NCBI RefSeq assembly: GCF_006345805.1
Contig: NC_043006.1
Coordinates: 67,022,001 to 67,086,000 of the forward strand
DNA from: Octopus sinensis
Taxonomy: Eukaryota
Length of the DNA stretch: 64,000 bases
Reading direction: 5' to 3'
Positions 27,981-42,137 of this stretch are shown one piece after another. Positions within the stretch are counted from its first letter, which is position 1. The number at the start of each line of letters is the position of its first letter. The notes under the pieces were generated by a model. The model was not told the origin of the DNA. It made no database searches and saw only the letters and a list, made by a program, of their open reading frames with translations. A program made the translations under genes and the position numbers.

Positions 27981-28411
27981 TTGCTTTTACACAATAAGGC
28001 ATGACAACATATTGTAATATAAGTTACTCAGGAAAAAAATTAAGGCAACAGCAAATAGGAAATATTTGCCTCATCCTCCTTACTCACCTGACTCTGTTCT
28101 CACTATCCTCTTTTCAGATCATCGCAACATTATTTATAGATAAAGCAGTTTATTCATTTTAAGGAGGTTAGAATTTACATTGAATGTTTGTCCGCTTGCT
28201 AGCCCGAAGAATTTTACGCCTAAGGGATCAACAATTTGCTAAATACGAGGGAACATATGACCAATAACAAGGGGAGACATTTTGATTAAATAGAGCAATT
28301 AAGACCAAGGAAACATTTGTTTCCTTCACACATTTCCCACATTTAAGTGCGATGAGTGTATACTTCCTACATAATATACATCCATCCATCCATCCATCCA
28401 TCCATCCATAC

Positions 28412-28448
<37 letters not shown>

Positions 28449-28457
28449 CATACATAC

Positions 28458-28490
<33 letters not shown>

Positions 28491-28493
28491 TGG

Positions 28494-28577
<84 letters not shown>

Positions 28578-28904
28578 GATGGATAGATGTATATTAGGTA
28601 GGAAGTATACAGTCATCGCACTTAAATGTGGGAGATATATATATATATAATCAATGCTAAAATATCTATAAGATTTTATCAAGTAGCCAGCATATAATAA
28701 ACAATATAGGTAAAAATTGATAAAAAATATATAATCATAGAAATATAATTATAGTAAGAGCACCAATGAGTAGCGTCACATCCCAGAAATAGACTCATTT
28801 GGCGCCTGTCTCTAGCATGTAACGCTACTCATTAGTGCCTTTGCTATAATAATATTTCTATAATTATATATTTTGTGAATATATATATATTTATTTATTT
28901 ATCT

Positions 28905-29205
28905 ATGCGTCCTTTTCAAGCCTAGCCAGGCTCACGGGCCCGGTTTCGCGGTTTCTGTGGCGTATGTGTTCCTCCCAGCTGGACGGGACACCAGTCGATC
29001 GCAGCGTTACTCAAGATAAAGGAAGAAAGAGTGAGAGAAAGTTGGGGCGAAAGAGTATAACAGGGGTTGCCACACTCCCCTGCCGGAACCTCGTGGACGT
29101 TTAGGTGTTTTCGCTCAATAAACACACACAACGTCCGGTCTGGGAATCGAAACCACGATCCTCCGACCGCGAGGTCGCTGCCCTAACCACTGGGCCAATG
29201 CACTT

Positions 29206-29208
<3 letters not shown>
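28905..29208 (-). mobile_element. SINE family 4
   Basis: Reverse complement has tggcccagtggttagg and ggtttcgattccc boxes; body and tail homologous to 26181-26479. Confidence 0.8.
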
Positions 29209-29254
<46 letters not shown>

Positions 29255-29367
29255 TATACATACATATATATACATACACACACACATACACACACACATA
29301 TATATATATATAATATATATACATATATATATATAATATATATATATATATACATATATACATAAAT

Positions 29368-29430
<63 letters not shown>

Positions 29431-30447
29431 ATATACATACATATAAATATACATATATAAATAAATATGTATATATATGGAGAAAGGAGACAGAGACAGA
29501 GACATGCAGGCAAGCAGACAGACAGGCAAACATGCTTACATACAAACATACATATGGATACTGTGTGGATTGAGATCTCCATTAAAGGTTCCCTGATATT
29601 AGATAAAGTGTTAACACTTATGTTATGCAAATTAGTAGCTCCAGTTTTTTATTGCTACTGTCATGGTTGAATATATATAAATAGACTGACTGCTTGTTTT
29701 TGTTCATAAGTCATATTGATGTAGACGCCCTGATAATAATCCAATAATATTCGAAATTCGATTGACGTTGTTCTTCATTTTTTTCTGTCTCCGGAGCAAT
29801 AGCAATATCTAAATTAGTCCTGTTTGCATGTCCACTATATACTTCACATATGTGCGTATATATTTGCATATATTCTTTTACTTTTGTCAGTCATCAGACT
29901 GCTACCATGCTGGGGCACCGCACTGAAAAGATTTTAGTCGAGCTAATCGACACAAAGCCACACATTTATACACACTTGCATACACACATACGCACACATA
30001 CACACACATATATACACACACTCATGTATATATATATATGCACATATACACACACACACATACAAATAACAACGGATGGATTGTGGTTCACTATAGCTGA
30101 TTCAGACGTAGCTTTTATTGATAAAAAACAGGTTTGAAACAGCTGTAGTGAACTACAATGAATCTGTCATTATATATTTATCATTCACCATACGCAGAAC
30201 CTGCAATTCACTTGGATCTGGAGTCTATTAAGCGCAGTACAATAGGTGCAGTGTTTCTACCTTTATACACCCTTGATAACTCATTATATATTCCGTTGGC
30301 CATTTGAGATAGTACACACAACCTGTGTACAAATCCGTATTTACTTTAGCTAGTACGTATTTGTCTTCAAATATTTTTGTACACGATAGCGATATCCCAG
30401 ACCTTGAAGCGTTAATATTTAAGTACGCGATTCGCTTGAATCCTGAA

Positions 30448-30486
<39 letters not shown>

Positions 30487-30491
30487 CATAA

Positions 30492-30801
30492 GCGCAGGAG
30501 TGGCTGTGTGGTAAGTAGCTTGCTAACCAACCAACTACATGGTTCCGGGTTCAGTCCCACTGCGTAGAATCTTGGGCAAGTGCCTTCTGCTATAGCCCCG
30601 GGCCGACCAATGCTTTGTGAGTGGATTTGGTAGACGGAAATTAAAAGAAGCCTGTCGTATATATGTGTGTGTGTATGTGTTTGTCCCCCCCTAGCATTGC
30701 TTGACAACCGATGCTGGTGTGTTTACGTCCCCGTCACTTAGCGGTTCGGCAAAAGAGACCGATAGTATAAGTACCGGGCTTACAAAGAATAAGTCCCGGG
30801 G
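30492..30801 (+). mobile_element. SINE family 1, 3'-truncated
   Basis: Close match to the family consensus from gcgcaggagtggctgtgtgg to aagtcccgggg. Confidence 0.85.
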
Positions 30802-31060
30802 TTATATTTATATCGATATATATCGAGTTAGAAAATAGAGGGATCTAATGGATAGAAATTAATTTATCTATTAATCAAACATATTCACCAACAATTGTCT
30901 CATTTCACAAACATAATAAAAATTACAAAACATATAAACATATATAAATATATAATTTTGCATTTTAAATACCTTGGATGGAAATCATCAGGGTGTCAGA
31001 GGGCGATATGGATTACAGTAGAAGACTTTTGGAATACACAGATTATCCAGACATGCTTAT

Positions 31061-31093
<33 letters not shown>

Positions 31094-31137
31094 TTTCGTG
31101 TTTGGATTAACTTTATATATATATATAGTAGTTTAAT

Positions 31138-32822
31138 GTATATAAAATCGATAAGAAAATGGAGAAATAATTAACAATGAGAAGTGGATTTTGTTATTAT
31201 AAAGTCATTATTTGATTAATTGACATGAGAGCATGATAGAGTATGTTTACAGCTGTTTCCGTATGTGAGGCTGGGGTAAATATATATTTACCTCGTTGCA
31301 ATTGATAGACATCATTAGAACGAAAAAGGCAAAGAGAACCAAAAGAAGAGAGCAAAAGAAAGCGCAAGGAAAAAACAGGAAAAAGAAAACGTTCAATAAT
31401 TCGATAGTGTTACATTTTCGTTAGGTTCAAAATTCAATAATTCCATTGTATGATAGACAAGAAGAGTGTTAGTTGAATCTAAGGTCTCATCATTAGTTAT
31501 TAACAGTGTTTACACGTGTCCATAGGTTCGGCTAAGTTAACCGCCGGTGTAATCCGAGGGAGTTATCGCTATTGGGGATATCCGGTTTAGTTAGCGAACC
31601 TACTTAACCTACTATTACCTCCCTTTATCTTTCCTACATACCAATTAGCTTACTCAACCCACATCTTTATATATAAAAGAGAGGTTGTGTGTCTGTCTCC
31701 TACGATTTAGATTCCTAACTACTACCACATTTTGCGGTGCAGTTTAACCAAAACCGGGTATCTTATAGTCGTGATTCATATCGAGCCCTTCTGGGTATTA
31801 GCGCGCGTCTACGATGAATCTACGATTTTTAAAATATGTACCATCATTTTTTTCCATTTTAATGCATTTTTTCGGTATTATTTAAGGGACGTAACTCTCT
31901 AAAAATGTCTACGATGAGTCAACGATTTAAAAAAAAATTACCATCATTTTTTTTTCCATTTTTAATGCATTTTTTTGCTATTTTTTGGCTATAACTCTCT
32001 AAAAATAGTTATATAGTTATTTCCCTTACAAATCCGAGCAACGCCGGGCGATACTGCTAGTTATAAATAAATCAATTACTGAACTTTATACTTATTCTAC
32101 ATCCTACGCTAGCTAACTATTTTCCTATAATTTAAAATACGTTGAGAGCTAGACTACCAAGTCTTTTTACACGCGATAAATTTTCCCTTTCGATCTTATT
32201 GTTTTGCTATGCACTCTTCAAACCTATACATTATTCCGGTACATAGTCCATTTACACTCTATATCGTACAGATTCTAGATATGAACTTTACCCTTATATT
32301 ACGGCTTCCATTGAAAATATACGAACTAGCTTACAACATATAAATTAGTTCCACATAGGTCCATAGGACTACACTGGATATCCTCAATAGTGACAACTCC
32401 CTCGGATTACACCGGCGGTCAACTAGCTGAACCTATGGACACATGTAAGCTATGATAATGACTAATTACGAGACCTTAGATTCAACTAACACTCTTCTCG
32501 TCTATCATACAATGGGTTTATTGAACTTTGAACCTAACTAAAATGTAACACTATCGAATTATTGAACATTTTCCTTTTCCTGTTTTTTCCTTACACTTTC
32601 TTTCGCTCTCTCCTTTTGTTCCTCTTTGCCATTTTCGTTCTAATGATCTCTATCAATTGCAATGAGGTAATTATATATTTACCCCAGCCTGATATACGAA
32701 AACAGCTGCAAACTTACTCTATCATGCTATCATCTCAATTAATTAAATAATGGCTTTATAACACCAAAGATCCACTTCTCATTGTTATTTATTTCTCCAC
32801 TTTCTTATCGTCGTTATACGTA
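31138..32822. repeat. Long inverted repeat: ~460-bp arms (31138-~31595 and ~32365-32822) around a ~770-bp spacer
   Basis: For example gaggctggggtaaatatata (31257) vs tatatatttaccccagcct (32672), and ccggtgtaatccgagggag vs ctccctcggattacaccgg. Confidence 0.9.
31664..32060 (+). mobile_element. Non-autonomous Helitron
   Basis: 5' TC, 3' CTAG, inserted between A and T, subterminal ccgagcaacgccggg hairpin, no TSD. Homologous to 43321-43837. Confidence 0.85.
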
Positions 32823-32854
32823 CACACACACACACACACACACAAACACACACA

Positions 32855-32890
<36 letters not shown>

Positions 32891-33221
32891 TATTTGTGTG
32901 TCTGTGTGTGTATGTATATATGTGTATTACTTGTTAAGGTTATTTCTACAGATATTCTATAGAATTTATAGCCAATTTTGCTGCTGCGTTTCGTATATGA
33001 GATGTCAGATATAAACAAGCAATGAGAACGAAGGGTAATGTACGTTTATGCTATATTTCGGGGTATTTCGCCCCTTTATCACCACCCATCAAACCCATTA
33101 ATCATCCTCGAACAAATATATTTTAATATGCTTTATAGTATATTATGGCTGCATGGTTGCATAACGAAATACCACATACCTAAACATCATTAATATATAA
33201 ATATATATTATATATACGAAG

Positions 33222-33334
33222 AACCTCAGTTCCCGTCTACCAAATCCACTCACAAGGTTTTGGTGGACCTGAGTTTACAGTAGACGTCACTTGAGCGCAG
33301 TGCCACGCAGTGGGAATGAACGTAGTGGGGCAGG
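33222..33334 (-). mobile_element. SINE family 1, 5' half
   Basis: ccgtctaccaaatccactcacaagg..gtgccacgcagtggga. Confidence 0.7.
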
Positions 33335-33578
33335 CCATGACAGGTCACGACACAGCCATGACAGGTCAGCTTATCACCACACATCCATGACAAGCCAGTT
33401 TCTCACACACAGCCATCACAGACCAGTTTCTCATCACACAGCCACGGCAGGCCAGTTTCTCACCACACACTCATGACAGACTAGTTTCTCACCACACACC
33501 CATGACAAACCAGTTTCTCATCACACAGCCATGACAGGTCAGCTTCTCACCACACAGCCATGACAGGCCAGCTTCTCA
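33335..33578 (-). repeat. 29-bp minisatellite (~8 units) replacing the SINE head
   Basis: Unit ccatgacaggccagtttctcaccacacag; the reverse complement contains tggctgtgtggtgagaag. Confidence 0.85.
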
Positions 33579-33994
33579 TTTTCTGTCCCTGAATACCACT
33601 TCAATGGTATTCGTCACAAAGTAACTTTGGTAGTAAACACTCACTCAGATAAAAGCACAATGCGATGGAACTCGGAACCGCGCAGCTATAAGGTACACTT
33701 CTTAATCACAAAGCCATAATAGCGTATATTGTGATTCTTTAAAATTAATTTGGCGTATGTATCAACGTTTTATGACAGTTGTCTGTCCACCTCCTTCTGT
33801 GTAGCTGAGTAAACAGCGGCTTTAGATGGATTCGTGCCTATTGAGTCAATCTAGCAATTTATTTTAGACTTGGCAACTTTTACACACACCACATGCTCTT
33901 ACATTCACATAGATACACGTTGCTTGTTATACGTATACACATTGAGATACGCATTCACACATACATGCCTATGTATCCATATGCATATATATAT

Positions 33995-34052
<58 letters not shown>

Positions 34053-34138
34053 GTATATATATATGTATATGTATCTAATATATATATATATATATATATT
34101 GATACATAAATGTGTGTGTATGTATACGTATATATGCA

Positions 34139-34291
<153 letters not shown>

Positions 34292-34954
34292 GCACATAAA
34301 TATATGTATGCGTATGTGTGCGTGTACACACACACACACACTGACGCCTGCACACTTATTGAAAATGGCATGAGAGCGTTTCGTCGTTGGTTAGACAAAT
34401 CGTTAGATCGAATATGTGATACTTTAATGCACAATTAGCTACTTTCAATAAATGCCTAAATTTAATTAAGGAAAACGAAATTAACTGAACATATTTTTCC
34501 TTTTTAATTACATCGAATACAAGGAAGACGGCAAATGCAGCCAGTGTCGGTAGAGAGGCGTGGGACGGGATATGATGTTTGTAATTATTGTGCGTTGTTC
34601 AAGCTGTTTCTGTGTTCGGATCTCAGCGCAAGTGCCGACACGACAGTACGATCCAGATGTTTGTTCTGGAGTCTGTTGGCGTTGGAGTTTGAACTGACTC
34701 CACTGATCTTTGTAGTAGGTTTGTTCTTCGATAAACTATCGCCGGCAGAAAATTTGATAAACTATTGTCGGCAGAAGCTTCGATAAACTATTGTCGGCGA
34801 AGCCTTGTGAGTCAAACCAGTTGGACGGGAAATGCGTAGGTGTTATATAACTGCGATGTTATCTATCCTAGGATCATAGAATTAGGTATTCACCCTACTT
34901 AATATCACCCTTTTCACTTTGCAACACATGGTCCAGTCCTTTTTGTGTTGTGGG

Positions 34955-35390
34955 GACTTCTATGCCTCAGTGACCCTGAGAGCTATGCCAGCAGAGCACA
35001 AACTCCTGGTAAGTCCCCTCATGCTGGACAGGTCAAGATAGAGACTCCAAACTGATATGGAACACCACTTCTAAGTGGACAAATGCATATGCCTGTGGCC
35101 AACACCCCCTAACAAGTAAAAACACAAAGTTACAGGGGCATCAATGACAATTCAAATCCTTAAAAGCCTGGGGGATAAATGTCTACCCTCATGGAAATAC
35201 GTTAGACCTTGACCAGATAACCACAAGGAGACAAAAGAGAGTACTTCCTGAACAGAAAAAGCATGGATCCAAATGCTGGAAAAAAAACATCCCATATATG
35301 AGAACAGCAGAGGATGGCTTATAAAGAATGCGATGCTTAATTTGAAAAAAATGGAATCGTTCACTTGGCTAACTGTAGTGGTGCCCACAC
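34955..35390 (+). mobile_element. Probable RTE-clade LINE 5' UTR remnant
   Basis: gaccctgagagctatgcc..actcctggta..catgctggacaggtcaa resembles RTE 5' ends from memory. No intact ORF. Confidence 0.4.
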
Positions 35391-35425
35391 TCTTATAGAT
35401 ATTCTGTCAAGTCTTCCATCTAAGT

Positions 35426-35699
35426 CAGGGGTCCCCTGCCTTATTTTGCTTGTGGGTCTCCTGAGAGCTATCTTATCTGTGGACCTCATATATGCACATG
35501 TAAATGTTTGAAATAAAATATTCGTTTGTGCGTTTCTAAAAACTAACAATGAAACAATTTCGTTATATTCATAACAGAAATTCGAAATACAAATCTTGAA
35601 AATTTCAATAAATACAGTAAACAAAATTTATATATGGACCCACTCAAAGATATATATGGACCCCCTCAAAGATTCTGCGGACCCGGTTGGGAACCCCCG
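35426..35699. mobile_element. hAT (Charlie-like) MITE, 274 bp
   Basis: Termini caggggtcccc / ggttgggaacccccg; perfect 8-bp TSD atctaagt (35418-35425 and 35700-35707). Confidence 0.85.
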
Positions 35700-36179
35700 A
35701 TCTAAGTGGTTTCCTCAAAAATATTGAAATTGTCGTTGAGACTAACATGCCTTTTCTGAAATAGCCATAAACACCTAAGTGCGTTGAAGTTTCGATCCTA
35801 TTTGAGTTTTAAAATAGATTAAAATGGTGACTACGCAGGTGGCGAAACTATAGACCCTCCATTCTCCCTAAAATAGAAAGAAAATGCATTCGATGGAGCA
35901 TTTCTCTTTTAGTAGTTGGATCTGGAGCAAGCAACAGCGCCCATGGCCTCCTCAGATCCTCCTAAGACAGTGAGATTTATTCTGTTCGTTTCCTTACAAA
36001 TCTCTGTACGCCAACACCAACAAGAGGAAATTTCAGAGAGACGACATTATGGGATGGAAGGACTGAATGTTCCACAACAAGGCAGCTGGACACAAAAGTG
36101 ATAGTTGGTGGCCAGATTAGTTGGACTGGTATGCTTGAGGGGAGTTGACACGAGCTAAACCAGTTGCGGCAAACACGAG

Positions 36180-36500
36180 CCGTTAAAAATAGAACTGTCT
36201 CTCCGTCGGTTACGACGAAGTGGGTTATACTTGATCCGATCAACGAACCAGCCTGGGTATTCAGCACTCCACAGACACTTGTACCCTTAACGTAGTTCTT
36301 AGGGAGATTCAGCTGAAACAGAAAGTGACAAGGCTGGCCCTTTGCAATACAGGTATCACTCGTTTTTGCCAGCCGAGTGGACTGGAGCAATGAGAAATAA
36401 AATATTTTGCTCAAGAACACAACGCGCTACCCAGTTTTGAACTCGCGATCTTACAACCGTGAGACGAATACCCTGGCTACTAAGCTACGCGTCTTCACTG
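36180..36500 (-). mobile_element. SINE family 3
   Basis: Reverse complement is colinear with 23010-23335. Confidence 0.7.
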
Positions 36501-37638
36501 CATGAGCCGTTATGGAATCGGTAAAAGAGGAAGAGGGAGAAAACAGTGCGTCTATGTTCCAGAGTCTGGAACATGTCTCAAATTGACCCTATGCCACGCA
36601 GCTAGCTGACCCTTTTCTAAATGTCCTAGTTAAAATCAAATGTCACAAAGACTATAATTATTCTCTTAAGGGGAATGTACAGCGAAGATATTTCCACGTG
36701 TCAGTGTACACGATCGTGTTAAATATAACTATCTACAACTCTATTTTAATCATTGCTGCTTAGTATACGTTCGATTAATTAGTTTCTGTTCATGCTTGGC
36801 TGTGTTATCCTTTTGATATTGCAAGTATTGACACATACAGCGAAAAATTTAATTTGATAATGATATAATATATTCTTAACACAGTTCTGATGTCATTGTT
36901 ATGGAAATGTCGTTGTAGATTTGTCTGCGCTTTACATGTTGATTAAGACTATTTAAGAATGATACCAATTCAACTGAAGAACCAGTCTATTCAGTTAAAT
37001 AAAGATTCTGAACGTAAAGTGTCGTAGTTGAATACAACTTTAAGGGTGACAGGATAATGGCGCTCTTGCTTAATAACAATGAACGTTTGACTTCACTTAA
37101 GATAGAGGAATGTCTGTCGTGTTTTGCTTTCAAAGCAAGTATGGGGATAAGCTTGGATGCAAAGATTAAACACATGAGAGTTACTTGTATCTAAAAATAT
37201 GTATAAAGGCCATACATAAAGTTTCTGTAATCGTGAAATCCCTCTAACTCAGAGAAGTAATTTTTAGCATTAAAATATCTGTGATAAGACCATCTATAAA
37301 AGTCAATCTCCCGGAATCAATGAGGCAAGCTCAGCAACTGTTATCGCTTCGGTTGTGATTTCGGAATATATATATATATATATATACATATATACATATA
37401 TATATATATACATATATACATATATACATATACATATATACATATATAGATATACACATATATACATATATATATATATACACATATATACATATATATA
37501 TACATATATACATATATATATATACATATATACATATATATATATATATACATATATACATATACACACACACATATATATATAAATATATATATATATA
37601 TGTGTGTATTTGTTGAATTTTCTGCTGCTTAAAATAAA

Positions 37639-37675
<37 letters not shown>

Positions 37676-38914
37676 TGTGCGTGTGTGTGTGTGCACATGT
37701 ATGAATGTATACATATATAATCTAAAATATCATCAGAGATAATCTACATCCTGAATGATTGGATATATATAACGTAGAAAAGTTAGTTCATAAGCATATT
37801 TTAATTCTGCTTATAAATAAAGCGCAAGAAGTCATATAGAGTTGGAGAATACCTTAACTTTATTCGGAATTGGTCGAATATCTCTGTAATCGTCGAATAT
37901 CTTCAATTATAGGATTCAAATATGATGCTTATCTATTCATATTGTGTTGGATTAATCATTCATTATCTTGTAGCTTCGAAAATTTGATGATGGTACGGTG
38001 CAACGGTCCATTTTTAGAATGACAGTGTAGAGTCGGCCTGAAAGGTTATATATGGCTAGTTTGAACATAAAACAAGTTGAGTATTTTGGCCGGATATGGC
38101 CAGTTTCAATACTAAAGGATTTATTCGTGTATTGAATTCCTTCAATGGCTTGAAATGATTTCTATACGCCACAAAACTGAAATGAAATAAGAATGGAACA
38201 GCTTCAATAATGGACAGAGTCAACAACTATTGAGAAGGTTGCAAGATGCAGCGAAGATTTTAGAAAAATAAATAAGTAAATGAGTGGAAATTTTACCAGT
38301 GAGTGTGTTACATTATAAAGCACTAAAAGAGAATTACTCTCCCCAGACACAACAGAATTATATCCAAGATATAAATAAAAATAGATATCAGTGTATCATA
38401 CTCAATGCAGATTCATCGCCAAAAGGAAAATTAACTACGGTATTCTTCCGGAAGTAATAACTGTTATGGATACAGTATGTTTAAAAACACTAAACTATAT
38501 CACTAACAGATGAAAATAATCCTGCAACAGTGTTGAGAACGATAGAGGTATATATCTGGCTTTCCAGGCTTTGTCGGTAACATGCGCTCACTGCCAACCG
38601 CATGAAAAGAAAAATCTGCCTCCACCGTTATAGGAATTTAGGGACTGAAAAAATCACTGAAGTTGCGTTTAACCATCCGGCTGAATAAAAACTCATTATA
38701 TGCAACATAAATATTATTAGGTTAAAATAGCCATCTATTCATAATAATTAAAACAGACACATCGTGAAAGGTAAATTAACTGTGAAATTCTTTCCTTAAT
38801 ATCCCTTATGGGCGTACTGTGTAAAAAATGCAAAAAATATATTAGTAGCGGATAAATACTGGTATTATGACTACGTGACATGATGGCAGATACAAATATA
38901 AATAGGAAAAATAT

Positions 38915-39570
38915 GAAATATCGACATAACCCTGCACCAACCATGTGTCCTGCATTTTTTGTAAAACGTGTATTAAATGAAAGAGGATCTCTTTCAGGCA
39001 GAATGTGAATATATAAAAAAACGATCGAGGAAATTGAGGTAATTGAAAATGAATATTCTGCAGGTATTTATGAAATTATCCTAAAAAAATATCCCAAGGA
39101 TCAAAGTGAAACGCAATAATGGTAAATTTGAGATGCAGGTTGACACTGGCAGTCAGGTAACTGTAATTACATGAAAACTTCTGGGCTGATTTGAATAAAC
39201 AAAAAATATGGAACAGTGTAATCGCAAACTAAAACAATTTGATGGATCACTTGTTAAAATTCTAGGAAAGTTTGACGCATTAAAGAAACTGATAAGAGCG
39301 TGGAAGGTTCTTTTTTTCTTTTTGCCATTTTTTTTTTTATATCATTATTGGTAAATGTAAGAAAACTCGTGGGTTGAGCGATATGGATGTGATATATGCT
39401 GACATTTCTACCTTAATTCATAAAACCGAAGTTCCAGGACTCTTTGAAGGAGTATGTGTCTTGGAGGCTAACTTTCTCCTCAAAGGCTATATCAAGCCAT
39501 GTAATTTAGAAGCAAAACCACTACATTCAACTATTAATTACAGCAAAGCGGAGAAAATTACTGCAGGAAA
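38915..39570 (+). mobile_element. Gypsy-like LTR retrotransposon gag/protease remnant
   Basis: Decayed CPAF..KTC..K knuckle at ~38945 and aspartic-protease motif FEMQVDTGSQVTVI at ~39127-39168, followed by LKQFDGSLVKILGKF. Confidence 0.55.
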
Positions 39571-39810
39571 GTATTCTTTATAGTTGGCTATCTAAATTAA
39601 ATCTTGCCTCAATTGCGTATAACGGATTTTTCATCAACCGGGTGGCTACATCAGTGAATGTTTTCTTCGCTTTTTCTTTCGTCAGAGATGACAACTTTCG
39701 TTCATGATTGCAGCTGGTTGCGAATACGCCCCATTGAAAGTTCGAAAGTAAACACACCATAATGCTAGGGTGACAAACACAAACACACACACACATATAT
39801 ATACATATAT

Positions 39811-39979
39811 ACGACGGGCTTCTTTCAGTTTCCGTTTACCAAATCCACTCACAGGACTTTCCTCGGCCCGAGGCTATAGTAGAAGACACTTGCCCAAGAT
39901 ACCATGCACGCAGTGGGACTGAACCCGGAACCATGTGGTTGGTAAGAAAGCTACTTACCACACAGCCACTCCTGCGCCT
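39811..39979 (-). mobile_element. SINE family 1, 5' half
   Basis: Close match to the consensus head (reverse). Confidence 0.8.
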
Positions 39980-40374
39980 ATGTATACATTAAATATGAAA
40001 CAGCTATTTTGCTAAAGGAAATTTTCTTTTACAAAATAAAATCTTTATTTGAGATGGTGTTGCAAATTATAAGTTACCTCTCTAGAGCTAATGTGAAGAG
40101 CAGATGGAAAACTAAGAATATGTACAAGAATGTATTCAGATTCTTAAACAACTTTACCTATTTCATTCTCTTTCTGGCATGAGATTATTTAGCTCAGACC
40201 CAGGAGATTTCACAACGGTAAATATACAGATGAGTTGTATACAGATGAACATGTCTTCGTATGAAATAAACATATTTCATGCGGCTATGCTTCACAAAGA
40301 CATTGAACCTGTACAAAGTGACATTTAAGATAACATTGTTTACTTAGATGTTTAAAGTCAAGAGATAACAAAAC

Positions 40375-40560
40375 CTTAGCAGGTCGGACAAAATACTTAG
40401 CGTGATTTTTCCCGTCTTTGCGTACTGAGTTCAAATTCCGTCGAGGTCGATCATGCCGTTCATCTTTTCAGAGTCGTTAAAATAAATACCAGTTATGTAC
40501 TGGGTCAATGTAATCGATTTCTCCCTTTCCTCAAAATCTGCTGGCTTTGTACTAATATTT
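40375..40560 (+). mobile_element. SINE family 2, degenerate
   Basis: gagttcaaattccgtcgaggtcgatcatgccgttcatc..accagtt..ctgggtcaatgtaatcga. Confidence 0.7.
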
Positions 40561-40579
40561 GAAAGTATTATTTATGAAG

Positions 40580-40614
<35 letters not shown>

Positions 40615-40625
40615 CATATATATAT

Positions 40626-40683
<58 letters not shown>

Positions 40684-40685
40684 CG

Positions 40686-40730
<45 letters not shown>

Positions 40731-40918
40731 AATATTGTAATTGAGGGTATCTAAAAGATACCATCATGCTAGAGATAGCAGTCAAAACTTGACTCTAAAA
40801 TCACATCAAATATTCATACAGAACCAGGAGAGAAAACAAGGAGACAAATTAAACTAGCAAAAAATTATTGGATAATTCCAGATCCCGGATTTCTAGCTAC
40901 CCTTAATTATAATTTTAA

Positions 40919-41004
40919 TAATAATTATTACCTATGAAGTTTTTATACCCATGCTAGCCACTTGATATAATCGGTATTTAAACAAACGATCTTATTCTTA
41001 TATA

Positions 41005-41049
<45 letters not shown>

Positions 41050-41399
41050 CATACATACCCACACACACACATATTTATATATATGTAACTATGTATGTAT
41101 ATATAATATATACATACACACACACATATATATGTATGTATATATATATATATATATATTCAACAATAATATTAAGGAATGGCCTTAATAGGCCATTCAA
41201 CTCACTAAAACGAGCAGCCAAACTCAACCGCTAAATAGTAGTAATTCAGAAATCAAAGGAAAATTAAGGGTAAATGTTTTTAATTTTTAATTTTTTCAAT
41301 TTTCCTTTGATTTCTGAATTACTACTATTAGCGGTTTGAGTTTGGCTACTCGTTTTAGTGAGTTGAATGGCCTATTAAGGCCATTCCTTAATATTATTG

Positions 41400-41474
<75 letters not shown>

Positions 41475-41562
41475 ACATATATATATGTGTGTGTATGTAT
41501 ATATTATATATATACATACATAGTTACATATCTATATATATATATATGTGTGTGTGTGTATG

Positions 41563-41600
<38 letters not shown>

Positions 41601-41677
41601 AATAAGATCGTTTATTTAAATACCGATTATATCAAGTGTCTAGCATGGGAATAAAAACTCATAGGTAATAATTATTA
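40919..41677. repeat. Near-perfect 759-bp palindrome (arms 40919-41265 and 41298-41677, 32-bp spacer)
   Basis: Unique segments and the order of internal microsatellites are mirrored. Confidence 0.92.
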
Positions 41678-41799
41678 CAATGCTATCATTAATATTATTG
41701 TTGAATGTACATTATATAGTCTGTTGACTATTTTTTCTTTCTCACTAGACCGCTGGTGGCGAAAAGATTTCTATTGAATTTTTTGCTACCCTGATATTG

Positions 41800-41836
<37 letters not shown>

Positions 41837-42137
41837 AGGCTGAGGCTGTTCTGCGTCTACATATCAAGTAGAGGAGATTAAAAATGAGTTGAAGTACTAA
41901 AGTGAACGAACTAGCAAAGCCTTTGTCAAAGATTAATGAATTATGATTTTAAAGTATTAACAAAGAAGATTGCATGCTGGTAGCGACACCTTAATTTGCT
42001 TTGCAACTATAATTTACAACCAATTATATTAAAGATTTATAAGGCAATAGTATGTCTGACGTTTTGTATTAGCAGAGCGATACAGTCAGTTTTTAATTAT
42101 ATCTATAGATTTCGTATATAATTTAGAGCCAGCTGTA

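Noticed and set aside
34960-35040. Possible HDV-like ribozyme in the RTE 5' UTR remnant
   Set aside because: RTE 5' ends are known to carry such ribozymes, but I could not fold a complete double pseudoknot from this decayed copy.
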